From assembly GCA_964016885.1 (NCBI GenBank), contig OZ024740.1, positions 55,614,001-55,678,000 of the forward strand: a DNA stretch of 64,000 nt, in the 5' to 3' direction. Source of the stretch: Eledone cirrhosa (Eukaryota). Below the pieces are notes generated by a model. It was not told the DNA's origin and did no database searches. It saw only the letters and a program-made list of their open reading frames with translations. A program made the translations under genes and the position numbers. The number at the start of each line of letters is the position of its first letter. The first letter of the stretch is position 1. Positions 42,446-58,808 of this stretch are shown here, piece after piece.

Positions 42446-43794
42446 ATATATATATATATATATTAACCTTTGACTTTCAAAAGTTAAAAGAAATGGAGTG
42501 ATGTATGGCTATGCCGTCGTATATATATAGAGATGATATAAATAAACAGACGAAGTTATACCATATTGTTTCTGACACGTGTTTCAGTAGTTGACAACTC
42601 TCACGTCTTTCGAGGGATATGTGCTGAATTGTATAACTGAATTGCATAATGATTTGTATAATATAAGTCGACACTCAGAGCAAGTTTACGCTCTCGGAGA
42701 TAATTTTACGAATGATTTTATGGATACTACCAAATGTCGTTATAAAGACCCTTTCGGCTATACCATTAAAAAGAACATCGCAATTAAAAATATACAGATA
42801 TACGATGCAAAATAAATAAAAAAATAAAAGGATTAAATATACGTATAACGAGTTTTATATGTGCATAAACAGACGGTGGTAAAGATGTTAATCAAAGGAA
42901 AATAATGAACGCACTAAGATACAATTGGACGAATAAATGAATGAAAACGAGAAAGCTAACTAGAAAGAAATGAAATCAACTACTCTTTTTCCGAATTTGA
43001 AATTTTAAATATATAAGAAACGTTATTAAAATGTATATAACGCATTAACTAAGAATGAAAGAATATATAAGCACAAAAAATATATATAAGAAATTGAAAC
43101 CAGAAAGAGCGAGATAGAAAGAGAGAAAGAAAGCAAAACATAAAGAACCAAAGGTTACGACCAATATATGCTGAAAAGAGATTGATAGAGAATAGTATTG
43201 AAGTAAATTAAAAAATATAGAATAGAATATCGTAGAGAAAATATAGTTACATAGTGAAGCATGAAGGAAAGGTAACAAAAAAGAAGTAATGAAAATTGAA
43301 ATATAGTAAGGAAGAATTAAAACATGGTAGAGAGAAGAAAAGACAAAACGAAAAAAGATAGAACGAAAGAAAGAAAGAAAAAAGAAATAAACAAACAAAA
43401 ATATAATATCTAAGAAATGTCAAAATTTAAGAAATGAAGCTGAAGAATGTGTAAAGAGTGAGAAGTTGCAAGGAAAGGGAGAGATACACACAGGCACATG
43501 TACCTAAATATATATATAATCAACAATGAAAAACGAGAAAGGAAAAGAATAAGAGCGATAGACTGAGGCGGTAGAGAGGGAGACAGATATTTATATAGGG
43601 GAAAAGAAGGGGAAATAAGTGTAATGAAAAGGGAGACAGAGTAAAGGAATGGGGTCTCAAAACTATATTGATGTAATATGTACCTAAATTACGTTAATGC
43701 ACATATGTAGCAGTCTATATATATTTATGGATATAGGTGCCCATGTCTACACGTATATATGTATTTGTTCGTATACTGTAGGGTTGGCTTTCTT

Positions 43795-43795
<1 letters not shown>

Positions 43796-43825
<30 letters not shown>

Positions 43826-43909
43826 AAGAAGAAGAAGAAGAAGAAGAAGAAGAAGAAGAAGAAGAAGAAGAAGAAGAAGAAGAAGAAGAAGAAGAAGAAG
43901 AAGAAGAAG
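43796..43909 (+). repeat. (AAG)n microsatellite
   Basis: Pure trinucleotide tract. Confidence 0.95.
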
Positions 43910-44290
43910 GCTCCTTTCTTGGCGGTGGTAACCATGTCACGACATGATATGCAGGGAAAAAGTGTTAGCTTTAGCTGAGGAAATGCAGCCAAGAGAAAAA
44001 ACAAGTATATAATTAAAATAAATGAAGTCGTGATTCATTGGAAGGAAAATCCCTTTGTTTTTGCTTTTTTCATTAATTAATTATTATTTTGACTAGGCAC
44101 AAAGGCCACCTATTTATTAGGTGTCTAGATCGTGGAATGTTGTTTATTTACTAGCTTAAATCGATCCAAGGTTATTACTGGTACATATGATGAATATCTT
44201 AGAGTTATTATTGTTGAATAGGCCCAGGTCAAAACTGAAGACATATATGATGATTCATAATGTATGTTTTTAATTGACTTATAAATAATG

Positions 44291-44499
44291 ATTTCTTATA
44301 TAGGCACAAGGCCAGTAATTTAGGGGGAGGGGAAAGTCGATTAATTAGACCCCAGTACGTTACTGATACTTTATTTTATCGACTCCGAAAGGAAGAAAGG
44401 CAAAGTTAACCTCAGCGAGATTTGAACTCAGACCGTAAAGGACCGTAACTCTATGCTGCAAAACATGGTGTCCAACTCTCTACAGAAACTGCTAATCCA
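44291..44499 (-). mobile_element. SINE family A copy
   Basis: Reverse complement of the family A core and head. Confidence 0.8.
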
Positions 44500-44758
44500 T
44501 TACGCTTTATGTTGATAGGTTCATTTGTTTTTACTTTATTCAGTTATTTCCGTTATTCCGTAGTACAAATAATTAAAATTAAAATTCAACCGTAAATTTC
44601 TATTTAGTTTATTTTACATTCATTTCTTGGAAATGAAAATAGTAAGAATCATAGAATTACAACGACTTCTCTGTTAACCGATTTTTGCCACCTTTATGGA
44701 GAAGTGAAGACGTTTTTTTTTTTTTAATGGACAGTGCTCAGAAAGGTAGAGAAAATGT

Positions 44759-44825
<67 letters not shown>

Positions 44826-47105
44826 TAACGTGTTAGAATGCAGTTAAATTGTTATTGATGGCAGTTTTACTTGAATTCTTACATTTGTAAAATTTAAGAG
44901 AGAAAGCAATCCGTTATGTGAATACAGTACTTTTCTGTTATTTTATTGCCATCGTCCACTGAAAAAAAGTGACTGAGGTAAAATCTTGACCCTTGACCGT
45001 AAATGATTTATTCCTACTTTCTCTCTTTACGCATAGTCTAGTTTAGATGGAAAAAAAACATATTTCTGTTCATTTTTCTTTCATAGCTTACAATCCTAGT
45101 AGGAAACAGAGCGCAAGAAATGAGGCAAAGAGAGACTTGGCACAAATGTTTGCAACGTTGTTGATTCAGATAAACAACCTACGGTTATGTGGTGCTGCTA
45201 AAAGTAGCAAAGAATTACGTTTAATACACAAATGAACGGACTTGTCATGGATTTATGAAATTATTAAAGCTTTTTCAGCCCGGAAACTTTCTGTATTTTC
45301 TAGTGTGATTACATATATACTACTACCTCCATGATACCTACCACGAAGTGTCTTATTTTCAAGCGGGTGAGGTGTTCTTTACGGGATTAGTTTGTTGTTA
45401 TTTATAGCAGGCTGGAAAAACACTAAATATTTAGTCATTGGCTCGTAACAAGCTTAAACAGTGATGATTATCTAGTTCCACTTTCTGTAATTTCTCCAAG
45501 TTAATGATTCATTTGAGTATAGTGAAAAGAGTTAACTGACCCAGTTCCAATTATATTCTTTCACTTCATATTTGCAACTGTTGTCATTAAGACAATTTAT
45601 GCTTAACTTCCTCTACGAATCAAATATTTTGATAGTCTGTTGATGGATACCACAGGTGAAAACATTGGATTAATTTGTATCGGAACTTTGATGAGCAGGA
45701 TTAGTGGGTCTTTATTCAAAGTTGCACAAAGGCCGACTCGGTATATAGAAAGGAAAATATTGTTTCTTTGCGATTATCATTCATACTCCAAACGCAATTG
45801 AATCATCAGGAATGAAATAAAAATGGTTTTATACCAAAGTAAAATATATTTCAAGATACGATTTGTCGAATAGGTAGCATCAGCCAATTTCTAACACATA
45901 AATATTTCCAACACATCAATTATGTTTTAGGTTTACAACGAAGAAATAATAACTTGGTTGTCAGAGATTAAAAGAAACAAATTTTGCAGGTGTTTTAAAC
46001 AGCGTCGCAATTTTAGATTGCATAAGAATAAGATAAACTGAATGTTTTATAAGACAAGATAAAAACGAAGACAATATATAATACACGATGAAATATAAGA
46101 GGTTGTCGATTTTATAGTACAATAGTGTACCAATCATGATAGAATGTAACATAAGCTACACAAAAGATAATCTTAAATCAAAGACATGGTTGAAAGACCA
46201 CTCTTTCTTTTGTGGTAAGGGATAAAGTTGATAAAAGTACTTTTTCTCTCTATGAAGGCATTAGGTACGGTTACTTCAGTGTATACTTGCTAACAGTAAT
46301 TCTGGTATTTTAAACATATGTGAAATAGATATTGGCACGTAAAGAACCGTCTCAAGAAATGATTCAGTGTCTTTCAGAAGTAAAAAGAAAATCATTCAAT
46401 ATAGACAAGTATGTCTGAAACAAAAGTGAAGTTAATAAGTTGCAGACGTTTGACATTTCTGTGTAGCGTTTCTCAACTGGTTTTAATTGTGAATGATTAT
46501 TCCGATAGTCACTTCGTATTAAATAATGTATGCATGGAGAACTAGATCGTGACACAGCAGCTGATATAGACCCACATTTATGTGAGAAACAGTGCCTCCA
46601 TAAATTCCAATTTGAAATGAAGATACTTCAGTTTGTTCGGCTTAAAGAGTAGGTCCACAGTAGCAAGCATGTACACCAGCCGAATCTATACTGAAGTATA
46701 TAATACATGTCATAAACAGTTATTCAGTTTGAAAATACAGTGTGTGAATGCCAAACCAAAGCCGAATGTTTTATGAACAGTCACCATATAATAAGCGCTT
46801 CTCTTAGTAGGTAATTATTATATATTACATACAATTTAATATGTCTATTTCAGAATACTACTACGAGGAAATGAGTATATAAGTCCATCAAAGAGTCTGT
46901 CCTTTTGGTTGTTTGGATGCTATAAATGCTTTCTGATAAGGGCACAACAAGGTCCGAAAATCGATTATCATTTTTTTTGTCAATTTAAAAAGTAACTCGT
47001 ATTTCTGGCATGTCTACATGTCTACATCCTGCATTTGTATATAATTATATACACATTGGTGCATACAGATGTAACTTTATATATGCACACAAACACGCAC
47101 ACCCT

Positions 47106-49400
<2,295 letters not shown>

Positions 49401-49604
49401 GCACCACCAACAAAATTCAACTTCAAAAATGGATGAGTTGTATAACATCCAGTGCTATCCAGTGCTAAACCACCAAACTTGAATGAATATATATATATCC
49501 TTAGGATTTGAATTTTTGAATCCTTACCTTCAGTGGGCTCGTACCATTGAGATCACATGAAGTTATGTCACTATCTTAACACAAAAAATTATATTTTATA
49601 TTTT

Positions 49605-49724
49605 ATCTGAGTTCAAATCCCGCAGAGGTTAACTTTGTCCTTCATCCTTACGGGTTCGATAAAATAAAGTACCAGTAATACATTGGGATAATTGCTGGCC
49701 TTGTGCCAAAAGTAGAAACAATTA
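49605..49724 (+). mobile_element. SINE family A copy, 5'-truncated
   Basis: Core and tail match 22215-22338. Confidence 0.85.
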
Positions 49725-49728
49725 TATG

Positions 49729-49781
49729 TTATCTGATGAATGCGTACTAAAATGTTAGTAAACTTGAAATAAGTATAATAA
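49729..49781 (+). ncRNA. hammerhead ribozyme
   Basis: UUAU-CUGAUGA..UACUAA/UUAGUA..UGAAAU-AAGU-AUA-AUAA. Downstream sequence matches 26775-26820. Confidence 0.6.
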
Positions 49782-50096
49782 AACAAATATGGTTTTGTAA
49801 AGATATATTCCATTTATTAATATTGTTTATATATATACATATATATACATACATATATGCAGTTACGATTGGCCTTCGTAGGGCTTCTTTTAAATCAACT
49901 TCACTGAAAGGGTTTTAGTGGTAGTTTATCATGTGTTTGAAAACTATTTTCAGATATTGCGCAGATGGATCGAAACCAGAAACACATAGTTGCAAATGTG
50001 TTAATCACATGGGGATGTTTCTGTAATTCACACTAAAAAGATTTATGAACGCACACATTTTCACAACACTCACACACACGCACAAATATATATATG

Positions 50097-50220
<124 letters not shown>

Positions 50221-50796
50221 TGTATGTGAATGTTTTCATTTAACACGCAGAGTGAAAATCGAGAATGATAAAATGTTTTGATTTCGTTGATAAGTTTCGG
50301 AGATGATAAATCTGAATAAAAATTATGTTAAAAGCGAAAGAAAAAGCGTTACATTTCTATAGTTAGGGTGTTATTGAAGCTTGAGATTTGTATGATGTTC
50401 CTGTTGTAGCAAAAGTTGCACTTATATTCTTGTCTTTTTATCTAATTTATAGTGTTTTAAATTTCCTCAAATGAATCTACAACATAATTTCAAATGTTAA
50501 TAATTAGATATTTTTATTGCTTTTCCTGAGTTCAAGAATAAAACATACATCTATATTCAGCATACATACAAACACTTACATATTCACCGATATTTGCTTC
50601 CGTGTTAATGTTCTTACACATTTGTAGACTTTGGCTCCCCCATTCTCTTTTCTCTCTGTTTATATTATATATACAAATAGATGCACATTCATTAAATGTT
50701 CTTCCATACACACATACACAGCAGTTGTACTTAATCGTAGAAATTTTATATGAATGCGCATATAGATACCAATATATATATATATATATATATAAT

Positions 50797-51140
50797 GCTC
50801 TGAAATAGCGATATATATGTGAAGACAAACATAGAATATTCGAAAATATTCTGTATGTTTATAATAAACATTTCGAAGACCCAATCGCTATAGAATAGAA
50901 TACGTCACGTATTACAATTTGAGATTCTCGATAAAAGCAAGTGAAGTAACCTACGCGTTTCATTCTTATTAGAAATCATCAGGATTACATATCCAGTGCT
51001 TTTATCGAGAATGACACAGCTAGAGACTTATAGAATACTTAGCTGTGTACAGGAACTGGTTTGAAAGAGCGATTGGGTCTTCGAAATGTTTATTATAAAC
51101 ATACAGAATATTTTCGAATATTCTATGTTTGTCTTCACAT
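50797..51140. mobile_element. nested inverted-repeat mini-element in (TA)n
   Basis: Outer arms ~50811-50889 and 51068-51146; inner arms attctcgataaaagca and tgcttttatcgagaat. Confidence 0.85.
50946..50988 (-). ncRNA. minimal type I hammerhead ribozyme
   Basis: GUAAUC-CUGAUGA-U-UUCU aaua AGAA-U-GAAAC-GC-GUA-GGUUAC. Confidence 0.85.
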
Positions 51141-51180
51141 ATATATATATATATATATATGAATATATATATATGTATAC

Positions 51181-51225
<45 letters not shown>

Positions 51226-51232
<7 letters not shown>

Positions 51233-51347
51233 AAAAAGGGATGAAATCGAAAATGCAACTGAAGTCTTATTTTAAAAATAAATATATATATTTTTTTTAA
51301 AAATAAGACTTCAGTTGCATTTTCGATTTCATCCCTTTTTCTTTATA
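51226..51347. repeat. palindrome with a TA-tract centre
   Basis: Near-perfect arms of ~50 bp around aatatatata. Confidence 0.9.
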
Positions 51348-51402
51348 CTTCCACTCGTGTAGGACACCTCGGTTATTTTTCATTTTGTAAAAAAAAACTC
51401 AC

Positions 51403-51457
<55 letters not shown>

Positions 51458-51501
51458 AGTATGTATGTTTTGAAACAGTGAGCAGGTTTGAAATTAGAAA
51501 A

Positions 51502-51758
51502 TAGAATACCTTTCACCGTATTTTTGACTAAAGGAACTTTAGCCTGATAATGGGGTTTACTAAGAATGTAGCTTCTAATTTGAATGGAAAGAGATGGGTG
51601 ATGTGTTGGTGTAATGGTAGCACAGTGGTCGCGTAACCAAAGATGTGGGTTCGACTCCCATGTAAGTCAATTCTCATCTTTTTTCCATTTATCTGAGGGT
51701 TCTAAACCCCATTATCAGGCTAAAATTCCTTTAGTCAAAAATAGGGTGAAAGCTATTC

Positions 51759-51760
<2 letters not shown>
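51502..51760. repeat. inverted repeat enclosing a tRNA-like Pol III cassette
   Basis: Arms ~51502-51559 and 51703-51760; A box tggtgtaatggt (~51607) and B box ggttcgactcc (~51648). Confidence 0.75.
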
Positions 51761-51789
<29 letters not shown>

Positions 51790-51969
51790 CATATATATTT
51801 ATAAATAATTATATATGCGTACATTTGCGCATGTGAGAATATAGATGTTCATAATATATTAATGCACATATTTAAATATATGCATATATATATATATATA
51901 TATAAACATACATACATGGATGTATATATGTATATATATAGATATAGATAAATATACACACCCACATAC

Positions 51970-52014
<45 letters not shown>

Positions 52015-52016
<2 letters not shown>

Positions 52017-52260
52017 TCAAGTCTGTCTTAAGCCAGAAGGGTCATTTGGCCGGTGCTTATGCCGCTTTCATAGCGTGAAGCGACTGAGAGGACAAGACCA
52101 CTCCCTGGACAGGACGCCAGTCTATCGCAGAGTTAAGTACCCAGCTGTTGCTGGTACTCATTTTTGGCTGAGTATACTGGAGCAACCAGAATTGAAATGT
52201 TTTGCGCAAGAACACAACACGCAACCCAGGAATCGAACCCACGACATTGTGATCGTAAGT
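52015..52260 (-). mobile_element. SINE family B (tRNA head, Deu/Nin-like body)
   Basis: Minus-strand B box ggttcgattcc; body aaaatgagtaccagc..gcgatagactggcgtcctgtccaggg; second copy at 23640. Confidence 0.8.
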
Positions 52261-52475
52261 TGTATATATATATATATTGGACCTGTTATTTTTATCTAAA
52301 GACATTTTTTTCCGATTCTAAGCCGCTCGTACCCTCAATCTATCTTATTTCTCATTCTTTCTTCTGATGAAGCATTAGCGTCCGAAACGTTAATTCCCTC
52401 TTCTTGCTATATCAAGCGATAACCTAATATATCCCTTCCGTATACTGTACCGATTTGGTTGTTATTTCTGATTAC

Positions 52476-52544
<69 letters not shown>

Positions 52545-52612
52545 ACGCCCACACACCCACCCACACACCCACACACACCCACACACACACACACATACAC
52601 ACACACACACAC

Positions 52613-52714
<102 letters not shown>

Positions 52715-52797
52715 GTCATAGATTGAGTTAGAAACTCAAAATAGTCTTTTACAATAAAATAGCTCAAAGAAGAGAATCTTTCCGAGCCGTGTAATAC

Positions 52798-53107
52798 AAT
52801 TGAATATATGAGAGGGATGAACACTGATACAAGTATACATGTGTTCAAATTGCAAATGGCCAAGTTAGCTGGGTAGAAAAAAATACTAATTTAAAACAAT
52901 ATTTTTTGCCTGTCTCGATTTAAAGTAATAAATCAATACAAATAGCAAACCTATATAGGTTTATTATTTTTATTGATTTATTACTTTAAATCGAGACAGG
53001 CAAACCATATTGTTTTAAATTAGTATTTTTTTCACCCTAGCTAACTTGGCCATTTGCAATTTGAACACATGTATACTTGTATCACTGTTCATCCCTCTCA
53101 TATATTC

Positions 53108-53111
<4 letters not shown>
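52798..53111. repeat. 314-bp palindrome
   Basis: Arms of ~150 bp around aaacctatataggttt, flanked by (TA)n. Confidence 0.92.
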
Positions 53112-53152
<41 letters not shown>

Positions 53153-53177
53153 AGTATGTAAATACTTACATATGTAA

Positions 53178-53215
<38 letters not shown>

Positions 53216-53220
53216 ATACA

Positions 53221-53252
<32 letters not shown>

Positions 53253-53304
53253 GAGTGAGAGAGCGAGAGAGAGAGAGATTTAGTTTTATTAAGTTTGTAA
53301 GGTA

Positions 53305-53492
53305 TAATAGTTTCTACTTTTGGCACAAGGCCACCAATTATCCTAGTGTATTACTGGTACTTTATTTTACCGACCCAGTAAGGATGAAAGGCAAAGTTAA
53401 CCTCGGCGGGATTTGAACTCAGTCCGTAAAGGGACGTAACTGTGCTGCAAAGCATGGCATCCGACCCTTTACCGATACTGCCAATCCACCGC
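53305..53492 (-). mobile_element. SINE family A copy
   Basis: Near-identical to the reverse complement of 22147-22338. Confidence 0.85.
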
Positions 53493-53823
53493 GCATATAA
53501 TACACACAGAGAATATGAGATAACTTGTGTGCGGGATTACATGACAGAGATTTTCAAAAACACAGAAAAGCAGACAATCAAGCAGCCAAAAACTATATTT
53601 CCTCCCCTTCAGTGCATGTGGATATCCGTAAGTAACAAAAATGATATACGAATAACTATGTATGTGTATGTGTATTGTAGTAAATAATATATTTATAGCT
53701 ACATATGATTATAGTAACATAAGGTACTACAACTCACACACGCTTATATACATGTTCGCACTCTCACACACACGCCTATTCATATATAGAGACAGATATA
53801 CGTGAGTGTATAAATATAAATAC

Positions 53824-53958
<135 letters not shown>

Positions 53959-53985
53959 TATATATATATACATATATATTCATAT

Positions 53986-54053
<68 letters not shown>

Positions 54054-54357
54054 AGATATATATGGCATATGAATGTGAATAATTGTATAGAATATAATAA
54101 CAACATCAACAACAAGAACAATAATAATGATTTCCTTGCGCATACATACGTGAACATTGGAAAGATCCCGCTTTTCAATGAATTTTTGTCTACTTTTCAC
54201 AAATATATTTAAAATAAGCATGTGTATATATATATATATATACATGTATGCATGCATAATTATATATATATATATATATATATATTTACGCATAAATATA
54301 CACAAATACTTATATGTATGTATATATATATATATATACATACACACATACACACAC

Positions 54358-54432
<75 letters not shown>

Positions 54433-55026
54433 TATTATAATATATATATATACGCATATTTAAAGATGCACACATACGCATACATATATGTGTATTTACC
54501 CATGCATTATGCATATCCGTATATATGTATGCATGTATTCAAGAACGTTTCCTAATGTGTAAGTGTATATGTACCTATCAACGTGTATGATCAACTTTTA
54601 AGAAATGCAAATACTGGAGTAGAACGAATGCAGAAAACGTAAATAAAGAGATAGGAAGGGGAAAAGAAGATTGTAAAAAGGGAATAGACTCATATTATAG
54701 TTGAGTGATAAAGACACGGAAGATCTTTATGAAATATACCTTTCATTGTTCTGATGTTAGATCTCGGATAATATTTCATATAATGATTGTATTCATGAAT
54801 CTGTTTATCAAATAATGCTTTGATCAAACAAATAAATCCGTTTTCCATATTGTAATGATATTTTATCACATTATAATGATTTTATAATACAACACAAATG
54901 GAAGACTAAAATCATTATTTCATTGCTGTAGGTTCGACTCACGAACATAACCTGCAAGCGGATAAAGAAATTGAATCAATATGGATTTTGCGTGCCTCTA
55001 TGTATGCATGCATGTATGTATGTATG

Positions 55027-55708
55027 TTTTCTCTTTCTCTTAATTTCGAGTATATTTCTTTGACCGGCCACCTTCCTGGTGGCAAGGTTGTAAAAGAAAA
55101 GAAATTGTCATCCCTTGAATCGCAAGAATGTTTTGCAAATTTTGTAGGTGCCAGCTATCGCAGCCATTTGTAGATTATGAATTAGGGAGCTGCGCTTTTT
55201 GTCCGCAAATCCAAGTTCAGTGATACTTTGATCCAAGCGGGTTGGTATATAACCCGTAGCTCCAATAATGATGGGTATGAAGCTAAAGGTGTATCTTGGA
55301 TACTGGATTTGTAAACTCCTCATCAATGGTCCGTAGATGTCCTCCTTCTCCTGTATTTTTCTGACAACGTTTACATCAAGTGGGCAGCTGATCTCCACAA
55401 CAGAACACGTTTTCAATGTGTGGTCCCAAACAACAATATCAGGCCGGTTGTGCTTTAATTTGGTGGCAGTTTTTATTTTCAGGTTCCACCAGTATTCCTT
55501 AGTGCCATCTGTCTCAATATATTCTTCCTCGTTTGTTGTTAATTTTGTTTTCCGAAGTGCGTTCCAGATGGTTCTAGCTATCCCATCGTGTCTCATGGGG
55601 AGGTAGTAGCGAGATGACATTCTTTCGCAGCTGGCAACAATGTGGCTTACATCCTCGATCTTTGTTTTACATAGCCTACATTTATTGTCAGCTGCTGGCC
55701 CTCCTCTT
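55027..55708 (-). mobile_element. R4/Dong-type LINE 3' end (CCHC knuckle and restriction-like endonuclease)
   Basis: CRLC..H..C, RHD, NRPDIVVWD..VEISCP..K and PIIIGATG; flanked by (TATG)n. Confidence 0.88.
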
Positions 55709-55734
55709 ATGTATGTATGTATGTATGTATGTAT

Positions 55735-56139
55735 GGGAGAGATGACCCCTTAGCCTTTGTCAGGGCAGAATTCTAGGAGAAGGAAAACTCTGATATAACA
55801 CCTGCAACCCTGATGGTATCCAATGATGTTGACTTGTTCTTCTTTTTGGTAAATATCGTCTTGGTTAAGAGAGTGGGACTGGCTTTGTGCAGTGCCTTTG
55901 CTCACTATAAAACCTTCACGGCACAGGCATTGCTTTATATCTGGAGATCTCTCTGCACTTGTCGTCACATGGTACCAGCACTGTGTGTCAATAATTGTCA
56001 CAAGTGTAGTGTTTGTACCAGAGTTTTCAAGTCGCTGGCTGGACTAAAAAGTCACACTCGTTCAGCGCATCGGTAGGGGTTCTCCTACATGGATATAAAG
56101 TAGTGGCCGTACTCGAAAACGAGTTAGCAGCCACCACCA
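55735..56139 (+). mobile_element. non-autonomous RTE-derived repeat, truncated copy
   Basis: Near-identical to 61931-62335; ends in the C2H2 remnant CSVCTRVFKSLAGLKSHTRSAH. Confidence 0.8.
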
Positions 56140-56439
56140 TGTATGTATGTATGTATGTATGTATGTATGTATGTATGTATGTATGTATGTATGTATGTAT
56201 GTATGCATGTATGTATGTTCTTCTGGTTTTATAATTTCACAAAGTTTTACCAATAGAGAGAGAGTCGGTTTCTAACATAGACACAAGACTCTCTCATTGG
56301 AATTTACACATCAACTAGGTAGATATGTATGTATGCATGTATGTGTAGATATGGATGTTATTGTATGTGTGGATGTGTATGTTTTGAATTGTATGTGCGC
56401 ATGTATATATGCTTTGTATCTGTACATGTGTATATGCAG

Positions 56440-57806
56440 TTATTAGATGCAAAATCTTTGGAATGTTTTACATAATTTTACTGTTCCATTAATGGACTGT
56501 ACTTGTAATTTCCTAACTAGTTCTGTTCTTTCTGTTCCTGTGAACCCTAGCTTCTCAAGATTTGTATTGAGGCAGTTACTATGTCATCATGTTGTAGTCA
56601 TCATGTTGTAGTGACCCAAGTTACTAACATACCCCAGTGCCCCAATAATCACAGGCATAAATATGAAGGTGTAATAAGGGTGGAGTATCTGCAGATTTCT
56701 CATCTGTTCTGCATAAATATTCTCCTTTTCACTAATCTTCGATATTATATTGGCATCTACTGGGCAGCTAATTTCCACTTACTGTGCATGCTTTCTTCTC
56801 CCTGTCCCATATCATACTATCTGGTCTGTTATGCCTGTATTTTATAGGGTTTTTACTGGAACATGTGCTATCTTTTACTGGAACATGTGCTATCTTGTTT
56901 TACTGGAACATGGGCTATCTTGTTTACGAAATGCATTGTACACTGTTTTGGCCACTACATCATGCCTCATACGTAGATAGTACCGCGATGACATCTTTGG
57001 ATAGCTGCTGATGACATGGGTGATATCCTCGATGTTAGTTCTGCAGAGTCTGCACTTGTTATCACATCTAGGTGTTTTGCCTGCATCCCTATCTCTTTTG
57101 TGAATCAAGTATTTCGTGTTAATCTCCTGTTCCTGGATTGCAAAAGCGTATCCTTCAAAGTGGAAGCCAATATAGCGGTCGTTGGTCCAAGATAGACTAC
57201 TTTCCTTTTCTATATTACTCTGACTCTGGAGCCTCCTGGCAACATATCCATGCATGATTATTTGGTGATAAGCATGCAGTTTTTCATCCATGGATTCACT
57301 GCGATACTGCTGAGCGACATCCCTGGGTGTGAGTTTTTGATTATCACACAAGGAATATCTCTTGAGGAGTTCCTTCCCAACTCTCATGATCTTATCTGTT
57401 TCATGCAGATAGACTTGCTTGAGAAACGAGCTCCTACGCTTTGAGGTTCGGAGATGTTGTCGGAGAGATATGATGCGACATTCAAATGTTGTCTGGACTG
57501 ATGTTAGGCCTCTGCCTCCCTGCTTACGTTTCAAGTAAAGGCGGTCTATATCACTGCTGATGTGGAATTTTCCGGTGTTGTTTAGTATTTTTCGAGTTCC
57601 AACATCAACTGTTCTGATTTCGTCTATCGTCCAATTGAGTATTCCAAACGTTGGTGTTAGGACAGGCACAGCAAACACATTGTGAGCCACTGTTTTGCGC
57701 AGAGAGTTCCGATGACCAGATCTTTCTTAATCGGGTGTAGTATTCCCTGGTTAAGCGTTCTTTATTAGAGATACCATTATATGATATGTTCTCATCTATC
57801 CCCAGG
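56440..57806 (-). mobile_element. R4/Dong-type LINE fragment
   Basis: FAVPVLTPTFG, RLYLKRKQGGRGL, AIQEQEINT, CRLC, RHDVVA, EISCP and PVIIGALG; abuts (TATG)n. Confidence 0.9.
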
Positions 57807-58808
57807 TATGTATGTATGCATGTATGTATGTATCTATGTATCTATGTATATATGTATGTATGTATACATGTATGTATGTATGTATGTATGTATGTATGCA
57901 TGTATGTATGTATATATGCAAGCATGTATGCATGTATGTATGCAAGCATGTATGTATGTATGTATGTATGTATGCATGCGTGTATGTATGTATATGTGTA
58001 TGTATGTATGCTTGTATATATACATGCGTGCATATATGTCAGTATGTTCGTGTGTGTGTGCGTGTGTGCGTATTTAAACTTGTATATTCATATATGCTTA
58101 CATACTTCATGTATATGAATATGTGTGTTTGCGTGCGTGCGAATAGGTCAGAGTATTCTGATGTGTATGAATAAACACCTCATTTGGATAGGTGAGAGAG
58201 AGAAAGATAGAAAGGAAGAAAGAAAGTAAGAAACAAAGAAACAAAGAAACAAAGAAAGAAAAAAAGAAAGAAAGAAATGTAGTGCAGCATGAAAATCGAA
58301 TCAAGTATGCGGAAACCTCATAAATTGTAGACAGAATTGACGAAACAAATTCTTGCTTTTGGTCACCAATGTTACTTGAATATTCTCACATAACATACAT
58401 TTTCTGTACCTGAGAATCGTGTTGTCTTGAATATTGCAATCGATGAGTGTAGATATACATCGATTAGATGATATCTTCAGCAATGATTAAATAATTTAAT
58501 GTGTGTTGCAGAATATATTTCATACACTAGAGTGCATACACACAGAAATATGAAATCATGCATGTATTTATATGTATATATATATAACATATGTGGAGCA
58601 ATAGCTAACAGCTACAAATGTACAATTTATAGTCAATTGATTCCCTGTTTAATCGCACTGTGTAGTTTGTGTCTCAAGTGTGTTCTAGCATAACCACGGC
58701 TCGAAAATTGACAGACGGATTTGTGGTGAAATCCATCGTGTTGAATGCTTTTAGCGCTTTAATACTTATTCTCATTTGAGCCATAAAGAATAATGCCATG
58801 CTCTAAAA

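Noticed and set aside
43697-44004. poly-K / poly-F ORFs
   Set aside because: They derive from the (AAG)n microsatellite.
44985-44999. TGACCCTTGACCG nuclear-receptor-like direct repeat
   Set aside because: Short motif expected by chance, with no gene context.
51603-51670. Possible tRNA gene
   Set aside because: A and B boxes are present, but there is no convincing acceptor or anticodon stem.
55813-56076. C2H2 zinc-finger host gene
   Set aside because: A single finger inside a repeated element, matching an RTE ORF terminus.
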